A DNA stretch of 64,000 nucleotides from Heterodontus francisci (taxonomy: Eukaryota). Of the stretch, positions 25,487 to 39,199 are shown piece by piece; position 1 is the stretch's first letter; each line of letters opens with the position of its first letter. The position numbers were made by a program, and so were the translations under genes. The DNA is taken from contig NC_090385.1 in NCBI RefSeq assembly GCF_036365525.1, positions 59,044,581-59,108,580 of the forward strand, in the 5' to 3' direction. The notes beneath the pieces are model-generated. The model searched no databases. It worked only from the letters and a program-made list of their open reading frames with translations, and was not told where the DNA came from.

Positions 25487-26039
25487 TGTATTACTATTAT
25501 ATAGGCATTAACACAATATCAAAATATTATAATGTGAAATATATTTGCATACATGTTTTGCTGTTAGGGGCTCTAGAATGTCAGCGTGTGCTAGTGAAGC
25601 ACTGGAACCCCAAAGGGTCCTTGTTACAACAATAAAATTAGAGGAAGAAGTTACATCAAGAGTGGAAGTTTAGCTTACAGGGCGCAACTAATGGTACAGC
25701 AGCAATACCAACTGATAAATAGGTATTCAAACAAGTCACAAGAACAATTTTCCAATGGTCCACCTTAACTAAGGTGAGTGTTGAGGGCCGGAGGTTGGGC
25801 AGTCATCATGGTTGCCACATCTGCACCATAATTCATGTTGTGCCTTTCCAGTCATGCAGTTTGCACAGAAATAGACAGGAGCTTCTTTTTATTTGCTAAT
25901 TTATTGAAATTAACCATAATTTACAGCACGCAATTTCAAGGCTTTCATGCCAGGAAGGCACTCAGTGTTGGCCATACTTACCGAAATTTAGCTTGCCGAG
26001 AATGAGTAACAGATAGAGCAGCAACACTGGTTGATAACT

Positions 26040-26700
26040 AGGTATCAGAACAGGTCAGAACCTGATGTACAGGTAAAGTGACACCTACTTGGATTTTTCA
26101 GAGGAGCTCTTTATTGATAGAATGCAGTTCAACAGGGAGACTAGGATAACGCTGTACAGCATGTTGGACCCCAACAATACTCCACCACTGGTTGTCAAGG
26201 TCACCTCAGTCCTGAACATTTACATCTCAGGCTCTGACCAGTGTGCCAGCCAGAGCATCAGCAACATCAATAATTTGCAAGTGTCTGATCTTTTCTAAGC
26301 AACTTCATCACATTCCTTCAGAAATGAGAATGAGAGGGTACTGCACATATTCCAAATGGTGGGATACCACAGTTGTGGAAGAAGTAGTTTCAGTCGCTGT
26401 TCTATTTCAGGGTCCATGAAACTAGATGCATTCCCCCACATAAAAGTTGCAAATTCATGAACCATCAACAACTATCACTCCATCGACTTGCAGCTTTTTT
26501 GTGAACATCAGCAAAAGTCAATGCCCATTTACCAGGCAGCAAGCATGATATTTTAATTTTAAAGCAATCTACAATGCCTTCTACAGAAAAAGTACATGGT
26601 TGGCTCTTCTAGAGCCCTGACACCTCAACAACAGCCACTAACAGTTACTGAGCACAGGTATCATGCAACAACTAAAAGCAATAAAGATCACCCGATAATC
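26040..26700 (+). pseudogene. Harbinger transposase relic
   Basis: YLDFSEELFIDRMQFNRET, PLVVKVTSVLNIYISGSDQ, YHSIDLQLFCEH, VNAHLPGSKHDILILKQS and HGWL: the HARBI1-family motif order, with frameshifts. Confidence 0.75.
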
Positions 26701-27149
26701 AAGGCCAAAGGCTTCTATTAAATAGAGAATGTTGCAAAAAGAGCTCAGTCTTCTGCATGGTTTTCAACTGCTCTTTTTGAGGCTGTAGCAATGAACATTT
26801 TCATTCGGCCTATGGCTTGTATGGAGGAAGAGTATACACGTATACAAATAAATTTACATTTACCTTGGAAATTTCCTGACGCCATTGAACATTTTCCTCA
26901 TTTTTTCTTGGGTATGGCAGACCTAAAACACTGTATTCCCATGCTCAGCAACCTTCATCTATGCAGGTCTTCCCTGGGACTTTAGAGGTGAGTGTCTTTT
27001 GACACTAAACAGGGTCAGCATCCTTCTTTGTATTTCTAATTTGGAAGGCAGGACTCTGGTGGAACCTTCATTGCACACCTGATGTTTACAAATCAGTTTC
27101 TCTCTTCAGAAAAAATAGAGGCATCTCCCCCCTTGAAAGAATGAATTCT

Positions 27150-27881
27150 TAAAAAAAAAGGCGTCCCGCATGTTCAGGCCACGTGCCGCCACGCCACCAC
27201 AATCTAGTGCGCGGCGGCTCATTTTCATACACAGGTCGGTCCGTGCAGCCCCCCCCCCCACCATCACGTGGCAGCGGTGGGCTTTGCAACGCCGACAACG
27301 GCGTCATTTTCATAGGGCTGCCAGACCTGCACAGAGGATACAAAGTTCAACCCCAGAACTCCCCCACCCCACTACACCAAACTTAAATGTGTGACTTGTT
27401 CCCCCAATACACAAAAAATAAATGGTAGTCCTGTTCCCCCCCCCACCAAAACACTTAAATTGAAGAGTTGACCTCTCTTTCCACAACTACACAAAGTGCA
27501 GAGGTCACCCCTTCCCCTTCCCACACTAGAAATGCAGAGTTGACCCCATTCCCCACTCCCCTTCCCCACCTTGGTGGCGCCAGCTTTCTCTGGATGGGAA
27601 AGTGAAGGCACGAGTGCCGGCTGTCACATGGAAGATTACGGACAACAAATAAAATCGAGGGGAATAGTATGTTAATTTATTCATGTCCTTTATTTCAATA
27701 TTTAAAGTTGGGTCCTGTCACTGAGCGGCAGGGTGGGGTGGGGCTACCACAGAGCCTTGCCGCTGCTGGGAACGTCAGGTCCGGCAATCCCAGCATCGGG
27801 ATCCATGGCAGGCGCTGCCGGTACGATCTTCCGGCCTCCCCCTATGAACCCCGATGGCGGGAGCTCAATAAAATATAGCCC
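27150..27881 (+). mobile_element. Harbinger-type MITE, 5'-truncated
   Basis: Right TIR TAAAATATAGCCC followed by TAA; body homologous to 40771-41614. Confidence 0.7.
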
Positions 27882-28849
27882 TAAGAGTGAGCAGCAGGCC
27901 TATATGAACTGCTGGCTCTCCCAATTTTACAACTTTCAGTGCTGAATTTCTTACTCATGTTTACCATGTGCAAAGAGTCTATTTAAATGGAAGGGAGGGG
28001 TTTGCCTCACAACATTCAGTGGGGCCAGGCATAGTCATTGCTGGTGCAGACCCAACAGCACTATAGATGAGTGCAGCCTTCATTTTGCTGGACTCAAAAA
28101 AAAATAATTCCGCCTTTATCATATTCACTATTGTAACAGAACTGTAGAGAATATGATCTAGGTGTGGGAATGTATTTTTATGTGATACTTTCAGAATGCA
28201 AAGCATTAAATAATAAGATACTTTTAGAACACTCTGGGAAATTACTTCAACAACTAATATGTTGTGTTAATCTGAAGTGGGGTCCGCGGAGTATTCTAGA
28301 GCATTGAATCACAGACAAAAAAATAGTGATTGAACATCAAAAATTTTAGTTGCTTGTTACTGGATCTCACAGCTATTTTGCAAAAATGTGAAAATCTCCA
28401 CATACTGTGAAGACAAACACTGCAAATATTCACAGGATTGCAGTATTATTACCAGATCTGTGTGGGTATTGGCACTATACGTAAGAACCATAGAATGGTT
28501 ATAACACAAAAGGAGGCCATTCGGCCCATCGAGTACATGTTGATCTCTGCAGGAGCAATTCAACTAGTCTCACATCCCCACCATTTCCCTGTAACCCTGC
28601 AATTTTTTTCTTCAGGTGCTTATCCAATTCCCTTTTTGAGACCCACAATTGAATCTGCTTCCATAGCCTTCTCAGGCAGCGCATTCCAGATCCTAACCAC
28701 TCGCTGTGTAAAAAAATGTTTTCTCATGCCACCTTTAGTTCTTTTACCAATCACCTTAAATCAGTGTCCTCTGGTTCTTGATTCCTCCACCAAAAGCGAA
28801 CAGTTTATCTACTCTGCCTAAACCCCTCATGCTTTTAAACAGTTCTATC

Positions 28850-30162
28850 TGTTATGAACGCTGAACCTTGTAACATGATTGTCTTAAAAATTGTGATTTA
28901 AAAAAAAAAGTTCATGATGGCGTTTGGAAGGTCAGGTGACCTCACCTCCAGTCTGCAAAAGGTTACCAGGACAACAGAAAACACAGGTCAAAGACTGTCT
29001 TTTGAAAAAACAGAGGGCTGGATTTTATTCACGTGCCGCGCTCCATGGCAGCGCGCTTTGAACTCGGTGGCCTTCCGACATGGAAGGGCTGCCGCACAGC
29101 GCCCGCAACATTATGTGCGGAAGCTGATTTAAATAGAGGGGCAGAGCGGCTGTCCCCGATGACGTAGAGGGGGCAGCCGCCATGTCCCTAGGAACGGTGT
29201 CTGTGCCACCGTGCAGGCACGGCGCCATTTTTAAAGGGCTTTAAGCCCTTAGAAGTAATTTCAATATTTAAAGGTACAGTATTAGTTATTTTTTATTAAC
29301 AAATAATAAAGATATGGAGACCTTTCACCAAACCCCCCCCCCCCCCCCGCCCCCCCATGGTCAATTCATTGCCCAATATTACCAACACTTGCCTTTTTCC
29401 CCCTAAACCTTCTAACTTTTGCACTTCAACCCCTTCACACCATCCCCACAGCCAATAAACAGTGTTTTCCCCACTCCCCCACCCCGCCCACCCTGAAACT
29501 TTTTTATCCCTCCTGCCTCTCCACCAGGTTCTCACCCATACAATCGGTGTGGGACATCCGCCGTCTGCAGCGAAGTTCATTTACATATCTTTATTGTTAA
29601 TTTGAATATTAAGATGAAGGGCCAGCTGCCAGGTGGAGGGAGGGCTGCACCGAGTTCCCTTCACCAGCGATAATATGCAGCAGGCCCTTTTCAACATTGC
29701 TGGTTGAGGTGGGTCCCTCCCTGCAGAATTTTACTGCCCCCCCCCCCTCCCACCACGACCCACTGTGTCGAGGGCTGGTAAAATTCAGCCCAGAGACTAC
29801 AGCTACTAACAATGGGTTTCACTCTGTCAGACTTTTGGATCTTAAAACAAGGAGTCAGTAATTGGGAAAATGCTAATGTACCATGCAGGTGTTAACACCT
29901 GGGGATAATAGAAAGGCCCAAGTGGCTTTGTGAACCCAGACTTCTGGTACCTGCATTTTGGAGCAGAACAATAAGCTAATGACTTGTGAGCGCATATAAA
30001 TTTAACAGACTTTCTGAAGGCAAAAGGGCTGTAAGAAGGGAACCCATCAGGGTGCAGCCTCAAGGAAAGAGAGAGAGGCAACACCTGCTCGCCAAAGATA
30101 TATAGCCAAAGGCTGTGAAGACTCGTATTGTTCACATTAATGATCTCCCTGAGGTCATAATA
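28850..30162. mobile_element. Solo LTR (~530 bp net) containing a MITE
   Basis: Termini TGTTATGA...TCATAATA; 4-bp TSD TATC at 28846-28849 and 30163-30166. Confidence 0.7.
29015..29791 (+). mobile_element. Harbinger-type MITE, complete
   Basis: TIRs GGGCTGGATTTTA and TAAAATTCAGCCC; 3-bp TSD AGA on both sides. Confidence 0.85.
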
Positions 30163-30545
30163 TATCAAATCTCTCCTCAACCTTCTCTAAGGAGAACAAC
30201 CTCAGCTTTTCAAATCTATCCTCATAACTGAAGTCCCTCATCCCTGGACCATTCTTGTAAATCTTTTTTGCACCCTCTCTAACAACTTTACAGCCTTCCT
30301 AAAGTGCAGAGCCCAGAATTAGACACAATACTCTAGTTGAGGCTGAACCAGTGCTCAATAAAGGTCTTCATAACTTCCTTACTTTTGTACTCTATGCCTC
30401 GATTTATAAACCCCAGGATCCTGTATGGCTTATAACCACTTTCTCACATGCCCTACCAACTTCAATGATTTGTGCACATATACCCCCATGTCTCTCTGTT
30501 TCTTCACCCCTTTTAGCAATGTACACTTTTGTTTATATTGCCTCT

Positions 30546-31455
30546 TGTCACAGCCACATGGTGAAGTTTGGGTAGTTCCCACTATTCAACTCCCACCTGA
30601 CTGCAGCAAGTGTGTTTTGTTAATAGGGTTTAACACCTTTGTGTTTTATTTGTCAAATTATTAGACAATGACAGGTTTTCTCGTAGGTTTAAAACAGAAA
30701 ATTAATTGTTTATTGATCTATACAACTTATCCTGAAATTTTCACAACCACATCCATTCACACATTTACTCACACATGCATAAGATGAGACAGATAGAGAG
30801 AAAAAAAAGGAGTAGGCAATTATAACTGGGAGGTAGGTTTTGAGAGGGGTCACGATAACCTGGTGAATTCTCTTGGAAGTCATGTTCTTGTTGGTTGCAG
30901 GCCTGAGGTGATTGTAGGTTTCTCTCTTGGTTGAAAGCTCAGTTGAAGTCAGTGGATCACTTATAATTCACTGCTGTACAGATGTAGACATAGGATTCTG
31001 CAGCAGGGCATGTGCCTTCCGGTTTGCTGGAGACAAGCTTCTTGGATGCTGCTTTCTGGGTGTCCCTCTCCAAACTCTCTCTCTAGGCTGCTTTTTTAAG
31101 GTAAAGTTATGTTACATCTCGCCTCTGGTAAGGGATGCCTTGATCTCTCCTTGTTGATCACGCAATGGCCCAGGACATGCTACTTCACATCTTCTTTGTT
31201 TCAGAAGAACATATTCAATTGTGGAATATTTTAGGATGGGTGCAATTGACACCTCTTAGCTTTGACGATTTTCATTTCTCCCTGTCAGACAGTTATAATA
31301 TACAAAGGCTAAAACCCTATTCCTTCAGCGGCCATTATGGAGGATTGTTCTCTTTTTAAAAGAAAGGCCTTTTTTAAAAAGACAAAGTCATTTTTTATAA
31401 CTCTTTATATTTTGTCCATAATTTTTGTATTGTTGTACATCTTGTGCCCGTGACA
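30546..31455 (-). mobile_element. Solo LTR (910 bp), distant relative of the Gmr1 LTRs
   Basis: Termini TGTCAC...GTGACA with TSD CTCT/CTTT. The segment ttttctcgtaggtttaaaacagaaaa...tttatt resembles the polyA region of the element C LTR. Confidence 0.7.
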
Positions 31456-31655
31456 CTTTCCTCATTCTCCCTTCCAAATGTATCACTTCACATTTAACTG
31501 CACTAAATTTGATCTGCCACTTGTCTGTCCATTCCACCAACCTGTTTATCTCCTCCTGAAGTCCATCACTATCCTTCTCACAGTTCACAATACTTCCAAG
31601 TTTTGTGTCATCTGCAAATTGTGAAATTGTGCCACTACACCCAAGTCTCAGTCAC

Positions 31656-34600
31656 TTTTTTTTTATTCGTTCGTGGGATGCAGGCATTGCTGGCTAGGCC
31701 AGCATTTATTGTCCATCCCTAATTGCCCCTGAGAAAGTTGTGGAGAGCTGCCTTCTTGAACCGTTGCAGTCTATGGGGTAGGTACACCCACAGTGCTGTT
31801 AGGAAAGGAGTTCCAGGATTTTGACCAGTAACAGTGAAGGAACGGCGATATAGTTCCAAGTCAGGATGGTGTGTGATTTGGAGGGGAACTTGCAGGTGCT
31901 CGTGTTCCCATGCATCTGCTGCCCTTGTCCTTCTAGATGGTAGAGGTTGTGGGTTTGAAAGGTGCTGTCTAAGGAGCCTTGGTGCATTGCTGCAGTGCAT
32001 CTTGTAGATGGTACACACTGCTGCCATTGTGCGTCAGTGGTGGAGGGAGTGAATGTTTGTGGATGGGGTGCCAATCAAGCGGGCTGCTTTGTCCTGGATG
32101 CTATCGAGCTTCTTGAGTGTTGTTGGAGCTGCACCCATCCAGGCAAGTGGAGAGTATTCCATCACACTCCTGACTTGTGCCTTGTAGATTGTGGACAGGC
32201 TTTGGGGAGTCAGGAGGTGAGTTACTCATCACAGGATCCCTATCCTCTGGCCTACTCTTGTAGCCACGGTATTTATACGGTTATTCCAGTTCAGTTTCTG
32301 GTCAATTGTAACTTCCAGGATATTGATAGTGGGGGATTCAGCAATCATAATGCCTTTGAATGTCATGGGGAGATGGTTAGATTCTCTTTCGTTGGAGATG
32401 GTCATTGCCTGGTACTTGTGTGGCGCAAATGTTACTTGCCACTTATCAGCCCAAGCCTGGATATTGTCCAGGTCTTGCTGCGTTTCTACATGGGCTGCTT
32501 CAGAATCTGAGGAGTCACGAATGATGCTTAACATTGTGCAATCATTAGTGAACTTCTCCACGTCTGATCTTATGACAGACGGAAGGTCATTGATGAAGCA
32601 GCTGAAGATGGTTGGGCCTAGGACACTACCCTGAGGAACTCCTGCAGTGATGTCCTGGAGCTGAGATGATTGACCTCCAACAACCACAGCCATCTTCCCT
32701 TGCACTAGTTACACCTCCAACCAGCGGAGAGTTTTCCCCCTGAATCCCATTGACTCCATTGTGCTAGGGCTCCTTGATGCCATACTCGGTCAAATGCTGC
32801 CTTGATGTCAAGGGCAGTAACTCTCACCTCACCTCTTGAGTTCAGCTGTTTTGTCCATGTTTGGACCAAAGCTGTAATGAGGTCAGGAGCTGAGTGGCCC
32901 TGGCAGAACCCAAACTGAGTGTCACTGAGCAGGTTATTACTAAGCAAATGCCGCTTGATAGCACTGTTAATGACACATTCCATCACTTTGCTGATGATTG
33001 AGAGTAGACTGATGGGGTCGTAATTGCCTGGGTTGGATTTGTCCTACTTTTTGTCTACAGGACATACCTGGGCAATTTTCCACATTGCAGGGTAGATGCT
33101 AGTGTAGTAACTGTATTGGAACAGCTTGGCTAGGGGCACAGCAAGTTCTGGAGCACAGGTCTTCAGTACTATTGCCGGAAATTGTCAGGGCCCATAGTCT
33201 TTGCAATATCCAGTGTCTTCAGTCATTTCTTGATATCACGTGGAGTGAATGGAATTCGCTGAAGTCTGGCATCTGTGATTCTGGGTGGATGGATTATCCA
33301 CTTGGCACTTCTCACTGAAGATTGTTGCAAATGCTTCAGCCTTATCTTTTGCACTGATGAGCTGGGCTTGCCCATCATTGAGGATGGGGATATTTGTGGA
33401 GTCACCTCCTTCAATTAGTTGTTTAATTGTCCACCACCATTCACGATTGGATGTGGCAGGACTTCAGAGCTTAGATCTGACACGTTGGTTGTGCAATCGC
33501 TTAGCTCTGTCTATCACATGCTGCTTATGCTGTTTGGCATGCAAGTAGTCCTGGGTTGTAGTTTCACCAGGTTGATACCTCATTTTGAGGTATGCCTGGT
33601 TGTCATGCAGGACCCCACCTGTCAAGATTGAGGCACACTGGTTTTGTCATATGCACATTGATTTTGAACTGCTGCTGGTTCAAGGAAATGACTTGTTGAA
33701 CAGATCAGCCTTGGCTGGAAAAAACATTTGCATGCTAACAAACGGTGCTTGTGTAGACAAAGGACCATTCCCTGACACATTCAACCTATAATGGATGTTG
33801 ATCACCAGGAAGTAAGGGGATGGGGAAGTGCATTCCAGGGTCTGCTGGGGTGATGCAATACATAGGGGCCACGACTGGTTGGATCTGCTGTCACATGACT
33901 AATTGACTGTTCCAGGGTTTTTTGAACTCGCCACAGAAAATTTGAGGGGAAAGACTGTTTCCTCCTGGACTGAGAAGATCACTCCTGTCTGCTTCCATCG
34001 CTTTCTCACAAGCCTCTGAATCCACTGAAGACATATGAACCCCGGGAGAGAAAAGTCTCCTATAGTGAACAAGGTTTAAGAAGAATACTGGGTCCCAAAG
34101 AAAAGCAAGAACTATCTAAAATCAAGGACTCTACAGTGAGCTCGAAGAACCATAACAAACACTGTTCCGATATAGCCTCAAACCTTTCTGTTTTATTTTT
34201 TCTTCCGCTCGTTTCTATCTTTATTTGCATGTGTATATCATGTATGCATGCTAGCGCGGGCATGTTATGTATCTGTAGGCATTAACCGAATTGGAGTTTA
34301 AGTTTAATAAATTTAAACTTTTCTTTAAACCTAAGAAAACCTGTTTGTGCTGGTTTCTTTGTCTTATAATTGGAAAGTGGTGAATAAGGATTCACCAAGG
34401 TAGAGCTAAAAACGCAGTGTGTTTAAAATTAAACCCTGTTATAGTAAGACTGTGTGAAGGCTGAAAGGGATCCCTAGACCCCTTTCTCACTGGGTCTTAA
34501 CAGAAATTTGGGTGCTAGCATCCAGAATTGACCCACAGACAAACGAGAGTAATTGGAAGTGGGAAGCCAAATTGTTCCCAATTAAAAAAGAGCAAGATTT

Positions 34601-37600
34601 CAATACAGGTTTTCTTGTGGTTGTGTGTGCTTGAATATGTCTGCAACTGAAGCTAGTAGCTCCCCAAGCCAGGGTCAAGTAACTTGGGATAAGTTAAAAG
34701 AACTGTCTATGCAGGAGTTGAGGAAAATGGCTGAGCAGTGTGGGATCACTGTACGTGGCAAGGCTAGAAAGTCTGAACTGCTAAGGCTAGTGGCCAACCA
34801 TTTTTCCCTGGAATCTGAAGAAGCAGAAGCAGGGTTAGAAGTAGACCCCGACAGGGTATTGCTAGCAAAGATGCAATTGAAACAAAGGAAACTTGAATTA
34901 GAAGACAGGGAAAGTGAAAGGGAAAGACAGGAAAAAGAGAGAAAGAGGCAGGAGAGGGAGAAAGAAAGAGTCTTCCAGAAGGAACATGAAGACAAAGAGC
35001 GGCAGAAGAGAGAGAGAAAGAATGCGAAGAAAGAGAGCTGAAGCGGCTTGAGTTAACTAGGAGGCAACAGAGTAACCATCGTGAAAGCATGGACAATATG
35101 GAGGATTGTAATTCAGGGCTGGGTACAGAATTGTTAAAACTAGCTCAACTAATTCCAAAGAACTTTTTTTGTCCTTTGAGAAACTGGCAAGGCAGCTAAA
35201 ATGGCCAGCTGAGACCTGGCCTCTTTTATTCCAAAGCAAGCTAACTGGAAAAGCCCATGATGTTTTTCCCTGTTGCCAAATGAGAGTTCATTAAATTATG
35301 AACTGACAAAAAATGCTATCCTTGGGGCATATGAATTAGTACCTGAAGCTTATAGCCAAAAGTTTAGAACCCTCAAGAAGCAAGCGAATCAAACATATTT
35401 GGAGTTTGAAAGAAGTAAGCAGCTGGCCTTTGACCAGTGGCTGAGGGCTCTTTAAGTACAGCTCAGTTATGAGAATCTCAGAGAAGTAATTCTGTTGGAG
35501 GAATTTAAACACTCCCAATCTCCATAAAGACCCTGTGGAGGAGCAGAGGGTTTAGAGAGCCCGGCAAGTGGCCGTTCTGGCTGATGAGTTTGCTTTAAGT
35601 TATAGTAACCCCAAAAATTAAAAAAGGACAAAGGGTGGGAAGATGATAGGAGCCCAAGCAGCCTTGGGAGAGAAAGGAAAGCAGGAGACACAGGTGACCC
35701 TCCGCCAGCCAAAAATGAAGGTGCCATGAGCAAGAATGAGACCTGGAGACCTGTGTGCTTCCATTGTAATAAAGCAGGCATTTAAAAGCTGACTGCTGGA
35801 AACTAAAGGGTTAATCAGGGCACACCCTCACACTGAAGAAGTAAACCTGATGGAAAGCAAAGCCGAACAAGCTGTGGCTTTGACTGCAGTAAGAGTGAGA
35901 TGCAAGAAGTCTACTGCTGCAAATGCAGGAAAAGTTAAGAGGATTCCTGAAGATTATCAGGGATTTGTGTCAGAAGGGAAAGTAACCCCATACTCCTTGA
36001 GTGGGACAAGCAAGCCCATAGTAATTCTCAGGGGCCACTAGATCCCTTTTACTGGGAAAAGACCTGACCTTTCCCCCAGAGAGTGCAGTGAACACCAAAA
36101 TGGTGGTGAATGGTATTGGAGGGCAGTGTATGCCTGTACCTGGGTGCACCTGGGTTGCGACCTAGTTTTGGGACTGGTGACTGTAGGGATTGTCCCTAGT
36201 TTGCCTGTGGTCGGGGTTGACCTGCTCCTAGGTAATTATCTGGTGGGGGTGAAGGTGGTAGCCCCCCCAGTAGTGAAAGATAGGCCGCAGGAGGTGAGAG
36301 ACAGGGCCGTGGCAGGAGACCAACGCCTACAGTTCCCTGAATGTGTGGTGGATCAGGCCATGATCAAACCAGGTCCCCCAGAGTAGACTGAATTGGCACT
36401 GTAGGCAGATGACCAGGTCTGTCTGACTTTCTTTGGAATGTTAGGAGACCCAGGGAATGAATTAAATGGATTTTCCCTAGCTGAGGTTCAGCAAGCCGAC
36501 CCAGTATTGCAAGAGTTAGCACAGGCTGCCCAGTCTGAAAGTGAAGCAGAGGGAGTCCCTGATTGCTACTATTTAAAGAATGAGATACAGATGAGGAAAT
36601 GGAGTTCTCCTCACAGACCTGGGAGCAAGGAGTGGACAGTAGTTCACCAGTTAGTGGTGCTGCAGAGGTACCAGAGAGAAATATTAAGAAGGGCCCACAA
36701 GACTACAGTGGCTATATATGCCGGTATACAAAAGACCAAAGCCTGCATCAGACAGCAGTTTAACTGGCCAAAACTCCGCAAAGATGTAGTGGAGTACTAC
36801 AGGAGTTGCCACATGTACCAGGTTGAGGGAAACCCCAACCTACAGTGAAACCTGCACCCCTAAGTCCTGTACCAGTGTTAGGAGGACCCCCCAGCAGAGG
36901 GCTGGTGAACTATAAGGGACCTCCACTGAGAACAAAAGGGGGCAGACAGGCACAAGGCTGGCAAAAGTTAGACAGGGAAGGGGGAAAGAATGACCAAGAG
37001 GGCAGGTTAAAGGAAGTCCAGGAGGAATCCCGGATGAAAATCCCTACTGTTCAGTCAGCCAACTCTGAAAAATGTGAAAAGTTGGACCCCACATCCTCCT
37101 ATGTAAATGCAGACACTAGGAGCAACCCACCAGAGTTGCTAACAGCATACACAGGATCATACAGAGACAAAAAAAGACTTCTCGAGTGCAGAGAAACCAA
37201 GGGTGATGCCTCACCTAGTCAAAGTGTCACAGGGACGTGCAGTAGAGTCTGCACAAATACCTGCAGGCAGATGTGTCCCAGAGGACAAAGGGGAAATTAG
37301 CAAAGAATCCTTCCCCACAGTCAGAAAAAAGGAGAACCATTCATCCCCTGAAGTAAAAAGCCTTTGCATGACTCAGCAAAGCACTGAAAGAGAGTCCCGG
37401 ATAGATCCACGCATTACTGGCTCTCCTGAAAAAAAAATTCCAACTCAGGGCTAATTAAACCTAACCATCTCAAAGACCTTCGGCATTCATGGAAATGGGC
37501 AAAGTGAAGAAAAACTTCCCCAAAGAACCACACGTTTACTCGGATGCCAAAAAGGGGGCAATTAAAGCAACACTGGCACCATGAAAAGACTGGCTGTATT

Positions 37601-39180
37601 AAGTTTTAGGATTTATGAATAAATGGAAATGAATGAGAGAAATGCATGCTTGTTTTTCTGTATCATATTTCCTCTCAACCCTTTTAATGAAATGCTCTTG
37701 TCTCAAATTGCATTTCATTCTGCTGGGTGTGGAGGTGTCATGCAGGCCCACACCTGCCAAGATTGAGGCACACTGGTTTTGTCATATGAGCATTGATTTT
37801 GAACTGTTGCTGGAGCAAGGAAATGACAGGTTGAACAGATCAGCCTTGGCTGGAAAAAACATTTGCATGCTAACAGATGATGCTTGTGTAGACAAAGGAC
37901 CATTCTCTAACACATTCAACCCACAAAGGATGTTGATCATCAGACAGTGAAGGGATGGGAAACGCATTCCAGGGCCTGCTGGGGTGATGCAATCCACAGG
38001 GGCCACGACTGGTTGGACCAGCTGTCACATGATTAATTGACTGTTCCAGGGCTTTTTGAACTAGCCACAGAGAGTTTGAGGGGAAAGACTGTTTGCTCCT
38101 GGACTGAGAAGATCACTCCTGTCTGCTCCCATCTCTTTCTGACAAGCCTCTGAATCCACTGAAGACACATGAACCCCAAGAGAGAAAAGTCTCCTACAGC
38201 GAACAAGATTTAAGAAGAATATTGGGCCCCAACGAAAAGCAAGAACTATCTAAAATCAAGGACTCTACAGTGAGCTCGAAGAACCATAACAAAAATTCTT
38301 CAGATATTGCCTCAAACCTTTCCATTTTATTTTTTTCTTCTACTCTTTTCTGTCTCTATTTGCATATGCGTATCACGTATGCATGCTAGCGTGGGCACGT
38401 CGTGATTCCGTAGACATTAACCAAATTAGAGTTTATGTTCAAGTTTAATAAATTTCAACTTTTCTTCTTTAAACCTAAGAAAACCTGTTTGTGCTGGTTT
38501 CTTTGCCTTATATTTGGAAAGCGGTGAACAAGGATTCACCGAGAGCAAGCTAAAAACACGGTGTGTTTAAAATTAAACCCTGTTACAGTAAGACCGGGTG
38601 AAGGCTGAAAGCGAACCCTAGACACCTTTTTCACCGGGTTGTAACACTGGTGCTGCTCCCAGCATGTCCTCCTGCACTGTTCATTGAACCAGTGTTGTTC
38701 CCTGGGCTTGATGCCTATGGTAGAGTGGGGTAAATGCCAGGCCATGAGGTTACAGATTATAGTTGAGTACAACTTTGCTGCTGCTGATGGCTCACAGTGC
38801 CTCATGGATGTCCAGTTTTGCATTGCTGGATCTGTTTGAAATCTATCCCATTTAACATGGTGGTAGTGTCACACAACACAATGGAGGGTATTACGTCTCC
38901 ACAAGCACTGTGTGGTGGTCACTCCCACCAATACTGTCATGGATAGATGCTTCTGCGGCAAGCAGCTTGTTGAGGACAAGGTCAAGTATGTTTTTACCTC
39001 TTGTTGGTAACCTCACCACCCGCAGACCCAGTCTAGCAGCTATGTCCTTTAGGCCTCAGCCAGCTCATTCAACAGTGGTGCTACTAAGATACTCTTGGTG
39101 ATGGACATTGAAGTCCCCACCCAGAGTACATTCTGTGCACTTGCCACCCTCAGAGCTTCCTCCAAGTGGTGTTCAACAAG
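31656..39180 (-). mobile_element. CR1-like LINE, T4-free family, copy 1 (31656-33600 plus 38652-39180), interrupted by Gmr1 element A
   Basis: Reads GVPQGSVLGPTIFSCFINDL, ALDIKAAFDRVWH and GDFN (~39110). The sequence is continuous across the TSD CTGGT; A-rich tail at 31656. Confidence 0.9.
33601..38646 (+). mobile_element. Gmr1-like Ty3/Gypsy LTR element A, non-autonomous (Gag-SCAN-CCHC, PR, IN zinc finger; no IN core, RT or RH)
   Basis: LTRs 33601-34502 and 37736-38646 (TGTCA...TAACA); 5-bp TSD CTGGT; tRNA-Pro-like PBS at ~34508; PPT gggtgtggagg. Reads PEAYSQKFR...ILLEEFK (SCAN), CFHCNKAG and NWPKLRKDVVEYYRSCHMYQ. Confidence 0.92.
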
Positions 39181-39199
39181 TGTTCACACCCAAGACAAA

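Larger units (their letters stand above)
28486..31655 (-). mobile_element. CR1 3' fragment split into three pieces (28486-28849, 30163-30545, 31456-31655) by two solo LTRs
   Basis: CR1 tail at 28486. The sequence is continuous across the insertions. Reads FADDTK and LQEEINRLVEWTDKWQIKFSAVKCEVIH. Confidence 0.85.

Noticed and set aside
34625-37300. Gag/SCAN ORFs as a domesticated host gene
   Set aside because: They carry multiple stops and frameshifts and are still flanked by LTRs and a TSD.
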